A model generated the notes under the pieces. It saw only the letters and a list, made by a program, of their open reading frames with translations. It had not been told where the DNA came from and ran no database searches. Position numbers and translations under genes: made by a program. A DNA stretch of 64,000 bases from Bacteroidales bacterium (GTDB lineage: Bacteria > Bacteroidota > Bacteroidia > Bacteroidales > UBA7960): the NCBI GenBank assembly GCA_019429365.1, contig JAHYJD010000003.1:30689-94688 (forward strand), given 5' to 3'. Of this stretch, positions 26,945 through 38,824 are shown one piece after another. The stretch's first letter is position 1. Each line of letters starts with the position of its first letter.

Positions 26945-28135
26945 TTATTCGTTTATGGCCTGCACACCAGGCAGAACTTTCCCTTCCATATACTCCAGCA
27001 GTGCGCCGCCACCGGTGCTTACATAGCTTACCTGGTCAGCCAGGCCCAACTGGTTAATGGCTGCCACAGAGTCGCCCCCGCCAATAAGGGTAAAGGCACC
27101 TTTGCTGGTGGCTTCAACCAGGGCTTCGGCAACTACTTTGGTGCCTTTGGCAAAGTTTTCCATTTCGAATACGCCCATGGGGCCATTCCAAAGTACCGTT
27201 TTCGATTTTTTTATGGTTTCCGCAAAAGCCTTCATGCTTTCTGGCCCAATGTCGAGGCCAAGCCAGCCCTCGGGAATGGCATCGGCAGCACCTTCTTTAA
27301 AACTGGCATCGTTCGAAAACGCATCGGCAATAATGGCATCGGTGGGGATATGCAGCTTCACGCCTTTTTGCTCAGCCTTGGCCATAATTTCTTTGGCTTT
27401 TTCAAGGAAGTCTTCTTCTACCAGGCTTCCGCCGATTCGACCGCCATTGGCTTTTATGAAAGTAAACATCATGCCGCCCCCAATGATCAGGTCGTCCACT
27501 TTGTCCAGGAGGTTTTCGAGGATTTCGATCTTGGAGCTCACCTTGGCACCGCCAATAATGGCCGTGTAGGGCCGCTGTACATCCTTGAGCACCTTGTCGA
27601 TGCTCGAGAGCTCACGTGCCATCAGGTAACCAAAGGCTTTGTCTTTGGGAAAAAATTTCGCAATAATGGTTGTGGAGGCGTGGGCGCGGTGTGCGGTGCC
27701 GAAAGCATCGTTCACGTAAACATCTGCCAACTGTGCAAGCTTACCTGCAAATTCTTCGTTGCCCTTGGTTTCTTCCTTATAAAAACGAAGGTTCTCGAGC
27801 AACAATACCTGGCCTGGTCTGAGGTTCAGCGCTTTCTGGTGCGTCAGGTCGCCAATGCAGTCTTCGGCAAATTTCACCTCAACGCCCAGCAACTTGGCAA
27901 GGTGCTCCCTGATATGGCGAAGTGAGAATTTATCTTCGGGGCCTTCTTTGGGCCGGCCCAGGTGCGACATAACGATTACGGAACCGCCATCGTCGAGTAT
28001 CTTTTTAATGCTGGGAACGGCGGCCCGCATGCGCGAGTCGTCAGTGATCTGAAATTCGCTGTTGAGCGGCACGTTAAAATCTACGCGCATTATAGCGCGT
28101 CTGCCTTTAAAGTTTATTGCATCAATGGTCTTCAT
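26945..28135 (-). CDS. pgk: Phosphoglycerate kinase
   Basis: 396 aa. RVDFNVPL..., SHLGRPKEG and the C-terminal [10 protein letters not shown] motif. Confidence 0.95.
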   Translation of the reverse strand: MKTIDAINFKGRRAIMRVDFNVPLNSEFQITDDSRMRAAVPSIKKILDDGGSVIVMSHLGRPKEGPEDKFSLRHIREHLAKLLGVEVKFAEDCIGDLTHQKALNLRPGQVLLLENLRFYKEETKGNEEFAGKLAQLADVYVNDAFGTAHRAHASTTIIAKFFPKDKAFGYLMARELSSIDKVLKDVQRPYTAIIGGAKVSSKIEILENLLDKVDDLIIGGGMMFTFIKANGGRIGGSLVEEDFLEKAKEIMAKAEQKGVKLHIPTDAIIADAFSNDASFKEGAADAIPEGWLGLDIGPESMKAFAETIKKSKTVLWNGPMGVFEMENFAKGTKVVAEALVEATSKGAFTLIGGGDSVAAINQLGLADQVSYVSTGGGALLEYMEGKVLPGVQAINE

Positions 28136-28228
28136 GTTCAGTCGATTTAGGATTTTTATTTGCTAATTTTTTATGATTGTTATAGCAGGGTTATACAAAA
28201 TGTGGCCCTGCTGTTTAATTATTTCTTT

Positions 28229-28236
28229 TAAATTTG
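28229..28236 (+). promoter_or_regulatory. Candidate -7 box TAAATTTG
   Basis: Matches TAnnTTTG. It overlaps the TTG that the ORF track used as start (28234), which supports ATG 28312 as the real start. Confidence 0.35.
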
Positions 28237-28311
28237 TGGCGCCTGATCCGCGTAAAAAGAAGCATAAAATTAATGATTCTAGCGGATTTTTGTATAATTA
28301 ATTGTTCCTTT

Positions 28312-29469
28312 ATGAACCTTTTTCCCGAGGCTGTAATTTCGAAACTCCCGCAAACCGGCACCTCCGTTTTTGCAGTAATGACGCAGCTTGCCCGAGAGCA
28401 CGATGCCATTAATCTCTCGCAGGGGTTTCCTGATTTTCCCGTTTCGGAGAAACTAATTGAGCTTGTCGCTTTGCACATGCGCAAGGGGCACAATCAGTAT
28501 GCCCCCATGCCGGGCTTGCCCTTGTTGCGCGAACGCATTGCCGAAAAAACCCAGTCCCTTTATGGCGCACAGTACAATCCCGATACCGAAATTACGGTCA
28601 CTGCGGGTGCTACACAAGCCATTTTCTCGGCTATCAGCGCTTTTGTGCGCGAAGAAGACGAAGTGATTGTATTCGAGCCCGCTTACGACAGCTACGTGCC
28701 AGCCATCAAGCTTAACGGGGGCGTGCCAATTGTGTCGCAACTTAGACTGCCTGACTACAGCATTATTTGGGATGAGGTAAAGAAACAGGTGAGCTCCCGC
28801 ACCAAGATGATCATTATAAACAGTCCGCACAACCCCAGCGGCAGCATACTGAGTGCTTCCGATTTGGCTGAGCTCGAAAAGCTTACCCGCAACACTGGTA
28901 TCATTATTCTTAGCGATGAAGTGTATGAGCATATCATTTTCGATGGTAAAAAGCACGAGAGTGTTTGCAGCTATCCTGGCCTGGCCGAGCGCAGCCTGAT
29001 AACCTGTTCGTTTGGAAAAACATTTCATGCTACCGGTTGGAAAACCGGCTATTGCGTGGCCCCCGAAAATCTCATGAAGGAGTTTCGCAAATCGCACCAG
29101 TTTATTGTGTTCTGTTCAAACACCCCCGTACAGCATGCCCTGGCCGATTTTCTCAAAGATCAGGAGAACTATCAAGGTTTAGGTGCGTTTTACCAGCAAA
29201 AGCGCGACTTTTTTATTAACGCGCTGAAAGGCTCCCGGTTTGAATGGGTTCCTGCCTCCGGCACCTATTTTCAGTTGCTTAACTACAATAAAATTTCTGA
29301 AGAAGACGAGATGGCCTTTGCCCGGCGCCTCACCAGTGATTACAAAGTTGCTGGTGTGCCTACCTCACCATTTTACAGTAAAACAACCAATAATGGCATG
29401 CTGCGTTTTTGCTTTGCCAAATCAGATGAAACCCTCGAAAAAGCCGCCGAGATATTATGCAAAATTTAG
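28312..29469 (+). CDS. Class I/II PLP aminotransferase (YbdL / methionine or glutamine transaminase-like)
   Basis: MNLFPEAVISKLPQTGTSVFAVMTQLA...INLSQGFPDF...NSPHNPSG...SFGKTFHATGWKTGY (PLP-Lys motif SxxK). Confidence 0.8.
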   Translation: MNLFPEAVISKLPQTGTSVFAVMTQLAREHDAINLSQGFPDFPVSEKLIELVALHMRKGHNQYAPMPGLPLLRERIAEKTQSLYGAQYNPDTEITVTAGATQAIFSAISAFVREEDEVIVFEPAYDSYVPAIKLNGGVPIVSQLRLPDYSIIWDEVKKQVSSRTKMIIINSPHNPSGSILSASDLAELEKLTRNTGIIILSDEVYEHIIFDGKKHESVCSYPGLAERSLITCSFGKTFHATGWKTGYCVAPENLMKEFRKSHQFIVFCSNTPVQHALADFLKDQENYQGLGAFYQQKRDFFINALKGSRFEWVPASGTYFQLLNYNKISEEDEMAFARRLTSDYKVAGVPTSPFYSKTTNNGMLRFCFAKSDETLEKAAEILCKI

Positions 29470-30251
29470 CCGTTTCCATAATCCAGACTACCCTTTACTG
29501 GGAGGACGCCGCCCGCAATCTTGAAATGTTTTCTGAAAAGATTGCAGCTTTGGAAGGCGATACCGACCTCATAGTGCTGCCCGAAATGTTTACCACGGGC
29601 TTTTCTATGAATGCCCGGGTGGCGGCCGAGCCCATGGGTGGCCCTGCCCTGCAGTGGATGCAGAAAACAGCGGCAACGCGCAAATGTGTGATTTGTGGTA
29701 GTATGGCCGTAGAAGAAAACGGGCGTTTTTATAACCGGTTTTTCTGGGTCAGACCCGATGGCTCTTTTGAGTATTACGACAAAAAACATCTCTTTACTTA
29801 CACCGGCGAAAACAAGGACTATACCGCCGGTAAAAGAAAACTGATCGTTGAGCTCAAAGGCTGGAGAATCATGCCGCTGATTTGCTATGACCTGCGCTTC
29901 CCGGTTTTCACCCGCAACCGTTTCCGCGAAAGCGAAGGTTTTGACTATGATGTGCTGCTGTATGTGGCCAACTGGCCAGCAACCCGAAGCCATGCCTGGC
30001 GAATAATGCTCATGGCACGTGCCATCGAAAATCAGGCGTATGTGATTGGGGTAAACCGCCTGGGAGTGGATGAAAATGAAATTACCTATTCGGGCGACTC
30101 GGCCGTGATAAGCCCGCTGGGCGAAAACCTTAGCAACCTAATGCCAAATCAGGAAGGAGTTGAAACCGTGATTATGCCGCGTTGTCAGCTCGACAGCTTC
30201 CGCGACAGTTTCAGGCCTTGGGCCGACTGGGATAAGTTCAGTCTGGAATAA
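29457..30251 (+). CDS. Nitrilase-superfamily amidohydrolase (omega-amidase YafV-like)
   Basis: 264 aa. Catalytic Glu in LIVLPEMFTTGF and catalytic Cys in MPLICYDLRFP. Overlaps the upstream aminotransferase by 13 nt. Confidence 0.8.
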   Translation: MQNLAVSIIQTTLYWEDAARNLEMFSEKIAALEGDTDLIVLPEMFTTGFSMNARVAAEPMGGPALQWMQKTAATRKCVICGSMAVEENGRFYNRFFWVRPDGSFEYYDKKHLFTYTGENKDYTAGKRKLIVELKGWRIMPLICYDLRFPVFTRNRFRESEGFDYDVLLYVANWPATRSHAWRIMLMARAIENQAYVIGVNRLGVDENEITYSGDSAVISPLGENLSNLMPNQEGVETVIMPRCQLDSFRDSFRPWADWDKFSLE

Positions 30252-30268
30252 ACTTTTCTTTCTAAGAT

Positions 30269-32113
<1,845 letters not shown>

Positions 32114-32375
32114 AGTTTGTCGTGCACTAATCAATCTGCAAAGATAACAGAAACACGCCAACCAGCCTGCTTGCTCAGTGTTGGTTTTTATCAACTTGTG
32201 GTTAATAAACCCAGCACAGCAAAGATATTTTTTGGGTTTAGTATTCTTTTTTGTTAAAAATTGTGAACAATTAAACCTTCCCGAACCTTTATTGTCCAAC
32301 TGTCGACCAAAAAATGTTAAACAAACATTCGGCAGTCCTAATCAACTTTGTCAATTTTATAAAAACTAATTTTAT

Positions 32376-34880
32376 ATGTTTAATTTTCTGCACTTTAAGA
32401 AGATTCTTCTGATAGTTCCCTTCTTTTTCTTTTCCATCATTCTGAAAGCCGAGCAGCCTGCCGGCCCTGCCGAGCAATCGGCCCAGCGTCCGCCTGCCAC
32501 TGGTGTGGTTACGGGAACTGTACTCGACGATGCTAACAGCGAACCGCTGATGTTTGCCAGCGTAGTGCTTCACAGCATGCGCGATTCAGCCATGGTTACC
32601 GGTGCCATTACCAACGAAAAGGGCATTTTTATCATTGAGCAAGTTCCCCCGGGAAGGTATTTTGTAGCGGTGAACTATGTGGGTTATCCCCGTAAGGAGG
32701 TAAACGGCATTGTGGTAACACCCCGTGAGCCTGTTTATGAAATGGGCGTTATTCGCGTTGAACCTGGTGCAGCCACCCTTTCTGAGGTTACGGTGGAAGC
32801 TACCCGCCAACTGATGGAGGTAGGTCTCGACCGCAGGGTTATCAATGTCGACAGCGAACTCACTGCCGCGGGCGGCACAGCCCTGGAACTGATGCAAAAT
32901 ATTCCCAGCGTGGCAGTCGATTTCGATGGCAACGTGAGCCTTCGTGGAAGCTCAAACGTGACAATTCTTGTGGATGGACGACCCAGCGGACTTACCGGCC
33001 TTAGCGGCTCTGAAGCCCTGGAACAGATCCCCTCCAATATGATTGAACGTATTGAGGTCATTACCAACCCTTCGGCACGTTATTCGCCTGATGGCACTTC
33101 GGGCATTATAAACATTGTACTGAAAAAACAGCGCCAACCAGGTTACAATGGAATGGTGTCGCTCAATGCAAGCGCAGGAAACCGCTACACAGGCTCGCTC
33201 AACCTCAATTACAAAACCGGTGCTGTAAACTTTTTTGCCAACTACAGTGGCCGTATATTCAACATGGAAGGAAGCGGATATAATTTCCGCTCCAGTTTCC
33301 TTGCCGACACCACTTTCCTCGATCAGGATACCAGGTTTGAGAATGCTATGAACTCCCACAATTTCAGCGTGGGCGCCGACTACCAGGTTAATCAGTATAA
33401 TACCCTTACTTTTTCGGTAATGTATAATTCCTGGCAGCGCCTGTCCGACAACTTTACCGACTACAATAACCTGGATGGCGAAATGTCGCTCATGAATTTC
33501 TTTACCCGCACATCGGGCAACGAAATGGATAACAGCGGCATGAACTACAACTTTAATTACCGCAGGACCTTTTCTCAGAAGATCAAGGAATTCAATACCG
33601 ACATTGTATTTTCGAGCCGTGGCATGAATGCCGCTGAAAATAACATTCAGCGGTTTTTTGACAATACCCGTTCGCCCCTGAGCAGGCCCGATTTGCTCGA
33701 AAACACGCGCACTGATGGGGATAACTGGATGTTTTCGGTACAGATGGACTACATTCAGCCATTGGGCGAAAACCGCAAGCTTGAGCTTGGCGGTCGTGCC
33801 TACCTGCGCGAAATGGGATCAGACTTCAATTTCTTCAACTTCAACCCCGAAGCCCAGCTTTGGGAAAACAATGCCGGTTTGAGCAATAACTTTGTTTACA
33901 ACGAGCAGGTTTACGCCGCATACGGTATCTTTTCGACCATGCTTGGCAAATACAGCTTGCAGGCAGGCCTCAGGCTCGAACAGACTTTGCGCGAAGCCGA
34001 TCAGCGTACCACCAATGAAGTATTTAAGGACGATTACCTGAACCTGTTCCCGACCATGCACCTGCGCCGCAGTTTCGAAAACAATCAGTCGGCCCAGGTG
34101 AGCTACAGCCGCCGAATCAACAGGCCCAACAACCGTTATCTCAACCCCTTTGTGAGCTATACCGACCCCTACGATCTTTCGTTCGGAAATCCGGAGCTCA
34201 AGCCCGAATTTATTAATTCGTTCGAACTGGGGTATACCCGCTTCTGGCAAAAAACCACCATCAATCCAAGCATTTTCTACCGCTATACCGATGGTATGAT
34301 TACCCGTTTCCGCACCATGGATGAGAGTGGCATTGCCTATACCACTTTCGAAAACCTCAACCGCGGCACCTCTTATGGCGCCGAGCTGATCCTGTCGCAG
34401 CAGTTGTTTCCGTGGTGGAGAGCAAATGGCACCTTTAGCTATTACCGCCAGATTATTGAAGGCAGCGACGCCATGATGGAAATGCGCAACGACAGCTACT
34501 CCTGGTCGGCAAGGTTTGTAAACAACATAACCCTTGGCAAAGGCTGGGATTTGCAGGTGAACGGTTTCTACCGCTCGCCGGTGGTGATGCTGCAGGGCGA
34601 AATGAAAGAAATGTTTTCGGCCGATATGGGCTTGCGCAAAACCGTGCTCGACCGCAAAGGAACAATTAACCTCAGGGTCAGCGATATTTTCAATACACAA
34701 TCTTTTAGAATGTACAACTACGGCGATAACTTTACCATTGACATGGAAAGGAAGCGTAATAGCCGTATGGTGTTCTTAGGTTTTACCTATCGCATTAACG
34801 AATACAACAACCGCAGAAATCAGCGTTCGCGCGAGCAAATGGATAACGGCTCGCAGGACTTCGATGACTTCGACATGTAG
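32376..34880 (+). CDS. TonB-dependent-receptor-like outer-membrane beta-barrel with CarboxypepD_reg-like N-domain
   Basis: Signal peptide, then GTVLDDANSEPLMFASVVL (carboxypeptidase regulatory-like fold), a plug-like region (IERIEVITNPSARY) and a long beta-barrel. Confidence 0.8.
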   Translation: MFNFLHFKKILLIVPFFFFSIILKAEQPAGPAEQSAQRPPATGVVTGTVLDDANSEPLMFASVVLHSMRDSAMVTGAITNEKGIFIIEQVPPGRYFVAVNYVGYPRKEVNGIVVTPREPVYEMGVIRVEPGAATLSEVTVEATRQLMEVGLDRRVINVDSELTAAGGTALELMQNIPSVAVDFDGNVSLRGSSNVTILVDGRPSGLTGLSGSEALEQIPSNMIERIEVITNPSARYSPDGTSGIINIVLKKQRQPGYNGMVSLNASAGNRYTGSLNLNYKTGAVNFFANYSGRIFNMEGSGYNFRSSFLADTTFLDQDTRFENAMNSHNFSVGADYQVNQYNTLTFSVMYNSWQRLSDNFTDYNNLDGEMSLMNFFTRTSGNEMDNSGMNYNFNYRRTFSQKIKEFNTDIVFSSRGMNAAENNIQRFFDNTRSPLSRPDLLENTRTDGDNWMFSVQMDYIQPLGENRKLELGGRAYLREMGSDFNFFNFNPEAQLWENNAGLSNNFVYNEQVYAAYGIFSTMLGKYSLQAGLRLEQTLREADQRTTNEVFKDDYLNLFPTMHLRRSFENNQSAQVSYSRRINRPNNRYLNPFVSYTDPYDLSFGNPELKPEFINSFELGYTRFWQKTTINPSIFYRYTDGMITRFRTMDESGIAYTTFENLNRGTSYGAELILSQQLFPWWRANGTFSYYRQIIEGSDAMMEMRNDSYSWSARFVNNITLGKGWDLQVNGFYRSPVVMLQGEMKEMFSADMGLRKTVLDRKGTINLRVSDIFNTQSFRMYNYGDNFTIDMERKRNSRMVFLGFTYRINEYNNRRNQRSREQMDNGSQDFDDFDM

Positions 34881-34919
34881 TTTTGGTTAATTGATAGAGT
34901 TGGTTCGGGAGAGGGGCGG

Positions 34920-36374
34920 TCATTTCTTCTTGACTGCCCTTCCCCGTTTTTTGGTTACGCCATAGCCAAACAGGTTCTTGCTCTTGATAAAGGAAGAAAC
35001 GTAGCGCGGAACCATCTTTTCCCAGGACGGGTCGTTTTCTTTCATTTTTTTCATGACCAGATGCGAAAAGAAGGGCAGAACTTCTTTGCGATAGCCGGGA
35101 ATGTCGACAATCCAGTTGTTTTCTATCAGATACTGGTAAAGGTGTCCGACCTCCTTATCTGTCGGCATATTTTCTATGGTAATGATCTCGCTCTCTTCGT
35201 TTTTGCGGCTTGGGTAAATATATACCTTCAGGTTTTCCATGAAAAGTTTGCCGAAGGCTTCCAGGATGCCGCCCCGAAGGTGGTTGTAGTATTTCTTTTC
35301 GAGCACGTTCTGAAAGGTGTAAGCTCCTATAACCATGCGTATGCTTCCCATGCGGAAGCGCCTGAACCACTCGGCCAGCTTGTAAAACTCCCGGAAATTG
35401 GAGATCATCACGTTTTGGCCCATGCCGCAAAGGATGTCAACCCTGTCAAGGAAGTCGCGCTCGTCGAAGTCGCCCCCGCCCATAAGGTTGTTGAGGGTCA
35501 TTTCGCATAGCACCACGGTGTTTTTCTTGTCGAAGCCCACCTCATCCTTAAAAAGCGAAAAGCCAGTCTTTAACATATCAAAACCCACATAAGTGATGGG
35601 CCTGAAGCTGCCGCGCAGCACCATGGTGTTCTTTTTATAGAGCAGATCGGCGGGTTGCTGCACCTTGCCATGGCGGTCGAACATGGTTACGTTGGTCATA
35701 CCGTTTTTTACCAGCTGAACGGCCAGCAGCCTGTTGTCGACATATTCAAGGTCGGGGCCGTTCATGCGAATCATGTCAATTTCGATGCGGTCGTCGGAAA
35801 TGGATTCGAGCAGCGATTTGAGGAAGCTGTTCGGATACTGATAGTTGTAGTAGCAGGCATAGATGAGGTTAACACCCAGAATGCCCAGGGTTTTTTGCTG
35901 CAGCAGGCTGTCGTTTTCGAGCAGCCGCACATGCAGCACCACATCGTTGGGCGGGTCGCCGGGGTTGAGTTGAAAACGCACCCCTATCCAGCCATGGGGG
36001 TCGTTGTCCTTTTTAAAGTTCAGCGTAGTCACCGTGTTGGCAAAGGCAAAAAACCGGGTATGCTCGCCCCGTTTGCTGCCCAGCAGCTCTTGCAGGCTCT
36101 TGAATTCTATGTCGAGCATTTGCAGGAGACGCTGCTCCGATACGTAGCGCCCGCTGGGGCTTTTCCCGTATAGGGAATTGCTGAACTGCATATCGTAGGC
36201 AGAGATGGTTCGTGCCACCGTGCCCGAAGCGCCACCCGACTGGAAAAAGCAGCGGGCCACTTCCTGACCGGCGCCGATCTCAGCAAACGATCCGAAGATG
36301 CTGTCATCGAGGTTAATAAAAAGGGCTTTGCGGGTTGGATCAAGTACTTCGCGTGCAATATTGGAATGGGGCAT
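34920..36374 (-). CDS. Conserved hypothetical cytoplasmic protein (484 aa), family not recognised
   Basis: Long clean ORF with an ATG start and no signal peptide or TM helix. Basic C-terminal tail (KKRGRAVKKK). A candidate -7 box lies 35 nt upstream. Confidence 0.6.
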   Translation of the reverse strand: MPHSNIAREVLDPTRKALFINLDDSIFGSFAEIGAGQEVARCFFQSGGASGTVARTISAYDMQFSNSLYGKSPSGRYVSEQRLLQMLDIEFKSLQELLGSKRGEHTRFFAFANTVTTLNFKKDNDPHGWIGVRFQLNPGDPPNDVVLHVRLLENDSLLQQKTLGILGVNLIYACYYNYQYPNSFLKSLLESISDDRIEIDMIRMNGPDLEYVDNRLLAVQLVKNGMTNVTMFDRHGKVQQPADLLYKKNTMVLRGSFRPITYVGFDMLKTGFSLFKDEVGFDKKNTVVLCEMTLNNLMGGGDFDERDFLDRVDILCGMGQNVMISNFREFYKLAEWFRRFRMGSIRMVIGAYTFQNVLEKKYYNHLRGGILEAFGKLFMENLKVYIYPSRKNEESEIITIENMPTDKEVGHLYQYLIENNWIVDIPGYRKEVLPFFSHLVMKKMKENDPSWEKMVPRYVSSFIKSKNLFGYGVTKKRGRAVKKK

Positions 36375-36408
36375 TTTTTTGTGGCTTTTGCAATGACTGA
36401 GTAGCTAT

Positions 36409-36416
36409 CAAATTTA
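36409..36416 (-). promoter_or_regulatory. Candidate -7 box (TAAATTTG on minus strand)
   Basis: The + strand reads CAAATTTA. About 35 nt upstream of ATG 36374. Confidence 0.35.
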
Positions 36417-36528
36417 AAAGAAATATTCTATTTTCTGAAATGGTTTTGCCTCATTAAGGCTGTATTTTTATGGTTTGTTATGAAAATCCCTAATTGGACA
36501 AAAAAATATTCCATTCAGAAAAAATGGA

Positions 36529-36536
36529 TAAATTTG
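36529..36536 (+). promoter_or_regulatory. Candidate -7 box TAAATTTG
   Basis: Matches TAnnTTTG, 50 nt upstream of ATG 36587. Confidence 0.4.
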
Positions 36537-36586
36537 CTGCTTGCCGGCTAGAGCTTATTTTTCCGGTGTAAAATTTTTTACTCAGC

Positions 36587-37528
36587 ATGAAAAAACGGAT
36601 TCTGGTTACTGGCGGTGCTGGTTTTGTGGGTTCGCACCTGTGCGAAACACTGCTTGAAAAGGGGCATGAGGTGTTTTGCCTCGATAATTTTTTTACGGGG
36701 CAGAAGCAAAACATCATTCACCTGCTCGACCATCCTTATTTTGAATTAATCAGGCATGATATTACCATGCCTTTTTTTATTGAAGCCGACGAAATTTACA
36801 ACCTGGCTTGTCCGGCATCTCCCATCCATTATCAGTACAACGGTATTAAAACCATTAAGACTTCGGTGATGGGCGCCATTAACATGCTTGGTTTGGCCAA
36901 AAGGCTCAATGCCAAGGTGTTGCAGGCTTCTACCAGCGAAGTGTATGGCGACCCGGAAGTGCATCCCCAGCCCGAAAGCTATTGGGGAAATGTGAACCCC
37001 ATTGGCCCCAGGGCTTGCTACGACGAAGGCAAGCGTTGTGCCGAAGCCCTTTTTGTGAACTACCACCGCCAGAACCGCGTGAAGATTAAGATTGCACGTA
37101 TTTTCAATACCTACGGACCGCGTATGCACCCCAACGATGGGCGCGTGGTGTCGAACTTTATAGTGCAAGCGCTTAAAGGGGAGGACATTACCATTTTTGG
37201 GAATGGCACCCAGACGCGCAGCTTTTGCTTTGTGGACGACATGGTGAAGGCCCTCATTGCCCTGATGGAAACTCCAGATACGGTTACAGGCCCCATAAAC
37301 CTGGGTAATCCCGGCGAATTTACCATGCTGGAGCTTGCTGAGGCGGTACTCAGGCTTACAGGCTCAAGGTCAAAGATTGTATACATGCCACTGCCGCAGG
37401 ACGATCCCATGCAACGCCAGCCCGATATCAGCCTGGCTCGGAAAACCCTGGGATGGCAGCCCGAGGTGCAGCTCGAACAAGGCTTGAAGCAAACCATCGG
37501 CTATTTTAAAAATATTTTGAACCTTTAA
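36587..37528 (+). CDS. UDP-glucuronate decarboxylase (UDP-xylose synthase), SDR family
   Basis: [40 protein letters not shown]...YDEGKR; typical UXS sequence. Confidence 0.85.
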   Translation: MKKRILVTGGAGFVGSHLCETLLEKGHEVFCLDNFFTGQKQNIIHLLDHPYFELIRHDITMPFFIEADEIYNLACPASPIHYQYNGIKTIKTSVMGAINMLGLAKRLNAKVLQASTSEVYGDPEVHPQPESYWGNVNPIGPRACYDEGKRCAEALFVNYHRQNRVKIKIARIFNTYGPRMHPNDGRVVSNFIVQALKGEDITIFGNGTQTRSFCFVDDMVKALIALMETPDTVTGPINLGNPGEFTMLELAEAVLRLTGSRSKIVYMPLPQDDPMQRQPDISLARKTLGWQPEVQLEQGLKQTIGYFKNILNL

Positions 37529-37541
37529 GAAACTTCATAGT

Positions 37542-38396
37542 ATGAACATTCTCATTACAGGAAGCGAAGGACAATTGGGTAGCGAGTTTCGTGAGCTGGC
37601 CTCTCAGCACAAAGAGCATCAGTTTTTCTTAACCGATGTGAAGGAACTGGATGTGACCAATTCCGAGAAGGTGCATAAGTTTATGAAAAGCAACAAAATT
37701 GAGTGTGTGGTAAATTGCGCCGGTTACACCCAAGTGGACAAGGCCGAGGACGACAAAGGCCAGGCCACCCTGCTCAATTCAACAGCTACCAAGTATATTG
37801 CCGAAGCTTCGGCCAAGGTGGGCGCCCTAATGGTGCATATCTCGACCGACTATGTTTTTGATGGGAAGAATTTCAAACCCTATACCGAAAACGACACCGC
37901 AAACCCCAAGTCGATTTACGGGAAATCGAAACTCGATGGCGAGATAGAGGTGATGTTTAATGCCAAAAGGGCTGTTATTATCCGTACATCCTGGCTTTAT
38001 TCAAGCTATGGTCACAATTTTGTGAAAACCATTCTAGAGAAAGGGAAAACGGAAAAAGAGCTTAAGGTGGTTTTTGACCAAATCGGATCGCCCACTTATG
38101 CCCGTGATCTGGCCAAAACGATACTGGAAATTATCCCTAAGGTTCCATCCAAAATCCGGGGTGAGATTTACAACTTCAGCAATGAAGGTGTGGCCAGCTG
38201 GTACGATTTTGCCAAAGCCGTGATTGAATACAAAGGGCTGACTTGCAAAATAACCCCGATTCTTACAAAAGACATTAATCAGTCTGCACAGAGGCCTTTG
38301 TACAGCGTACTGAACAAGGGGCGTATAAAAAAGGATTTTGGTGTGGAGATTCCGCACTGGCGCGACAGCCTGAAAGAATGCCTCGGAAAACTGTAG
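37542..38396 (+). CDS. rfbD: dTDP-4-dehydrorhamnose reductase
   Basis: MNILITGSEGQLG...STDYVFDG...YGKSKLDGE...GSPTYARDLA. Confidence 0.85.
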   Translation: MNILITGSEGQLGSEFRELASQHKEHQFFLTDVKELDVTNSEKVHKFMKSNKIECVVNCAGYTQVDKAEDDKGQATLLNSTATKYIAEASAKVGALMVHISTDYVFDGKNFKPYTENDTANPKSIYGKSKLDGEIEVMFNAKRAVIIRTSWLYSSYGHNFVKTILEKGKTEKELKVVFDQIGSPTYARDLAKTILEIIPKVPSKIRGEIYNFSNEGVASWYDFAKAVIEYKGLTCKITPILTKDINQSAQRPLYSVLNKGRIKKDFGVEIPHWRDSLKECLGKL

Positions 38397-38403
38397 AATG
38401 AAT

Positions 38404-38437
38404 AAAAAAACAGCGGGTAAATGCCCGCTGTTTTTTT
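38404..38437. terminator. Bidirectional rho-independent terminator
   Basis: A-run, stem CAGCGGG (38411-38417), loop TAAATG, stem CCCGCTG (38424-38430), then TTTTTTT. It lies between convergent genes. Confidence 0.8.
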
Positions 38438-38457
38438 AGTGCAACTCTCTGACGGAA

Positions 38458-38742
38458 TTAAAACTTCTTCTTGAATTTGTTGAAGGTGTCAGAAAAAGAA
38501 TCGAGAGTTTTTTCAAAACTTTCTTTAACTGACTCCCATGCATCTTCGCCTTTTTCGGTCAGTTCCTTGAATTTCTTTCCCCCTTTTTCTAATTTCCCTT
38601 CCAGTTCTTCAATTTCCTCTTTGTGCTCAATTTTGGCATCAGCTTTTTCACCTTTGGCTTTTGCTTTCAGTTTGTCAAGATCGGCTTCCCACTCTTCGAG
38701 TTTGGCCTTCATTTTTTCCTTATAGTCTTCGAATTTGCTCAT
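38458..38742 (-). CDS. Small Lys/Glu-rich coiled-coil protein (hypothetical)
   Basis: 94 aa, strongly helical and charged (KAKLEEWEADLDKLKAKAKGEKADAK...). Confidence 0.5.
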   Translation of the reverse strand: MSKFEDYKEKMKAKLEEWEADLDKLKAKAKGEKADAKIEHKEEIEELEGKLEKGGKKFKELTEKGEDAWESVKESFEKTLDSFSDTFNKFKKKF

Positions 38743-38824
38743 ATTAGTATGTTTTTTTAAAGTTAAATCGTAAATATACTAATTTTTTTCGAAAAAGGCA
38801 AGGAAGGATGCCTTCAAATATCCA

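Noticed and set aside
26933-27925. 330-aa + strand ORF
   Set aside because: It is antisense to phosphoglycerate kinase, whose identity is unambiguous. Its composition is low-complexity and Gly/Phe/Ala-rich, typical of a shadow ORF.
33819-34700. 293-aa minus-strand ORF (similar cases: 23753..24460 -, 17478..18422 +, 15718..16419 +, 14023..14691 +)
   Set aside because: All are antisense shadows of strongly supported genes (TonB-like barrel, cyclase, actC, actE/actF, SCO1) and have no motifs of their own.
34790-34880. Charged C-terminal tail (NEYNNRRNQRSREQMDNGSQDFDDFDM) after the last beta-strand of the TonB-dependent-like barrel
   Set aside because: It is unusual for classical TonB-dependent receptors, which end in an aromatic residue. 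However, this barrel subfamily may commonly carry such tails. I cannot judge without alignments, so I do not raise it as a finding.
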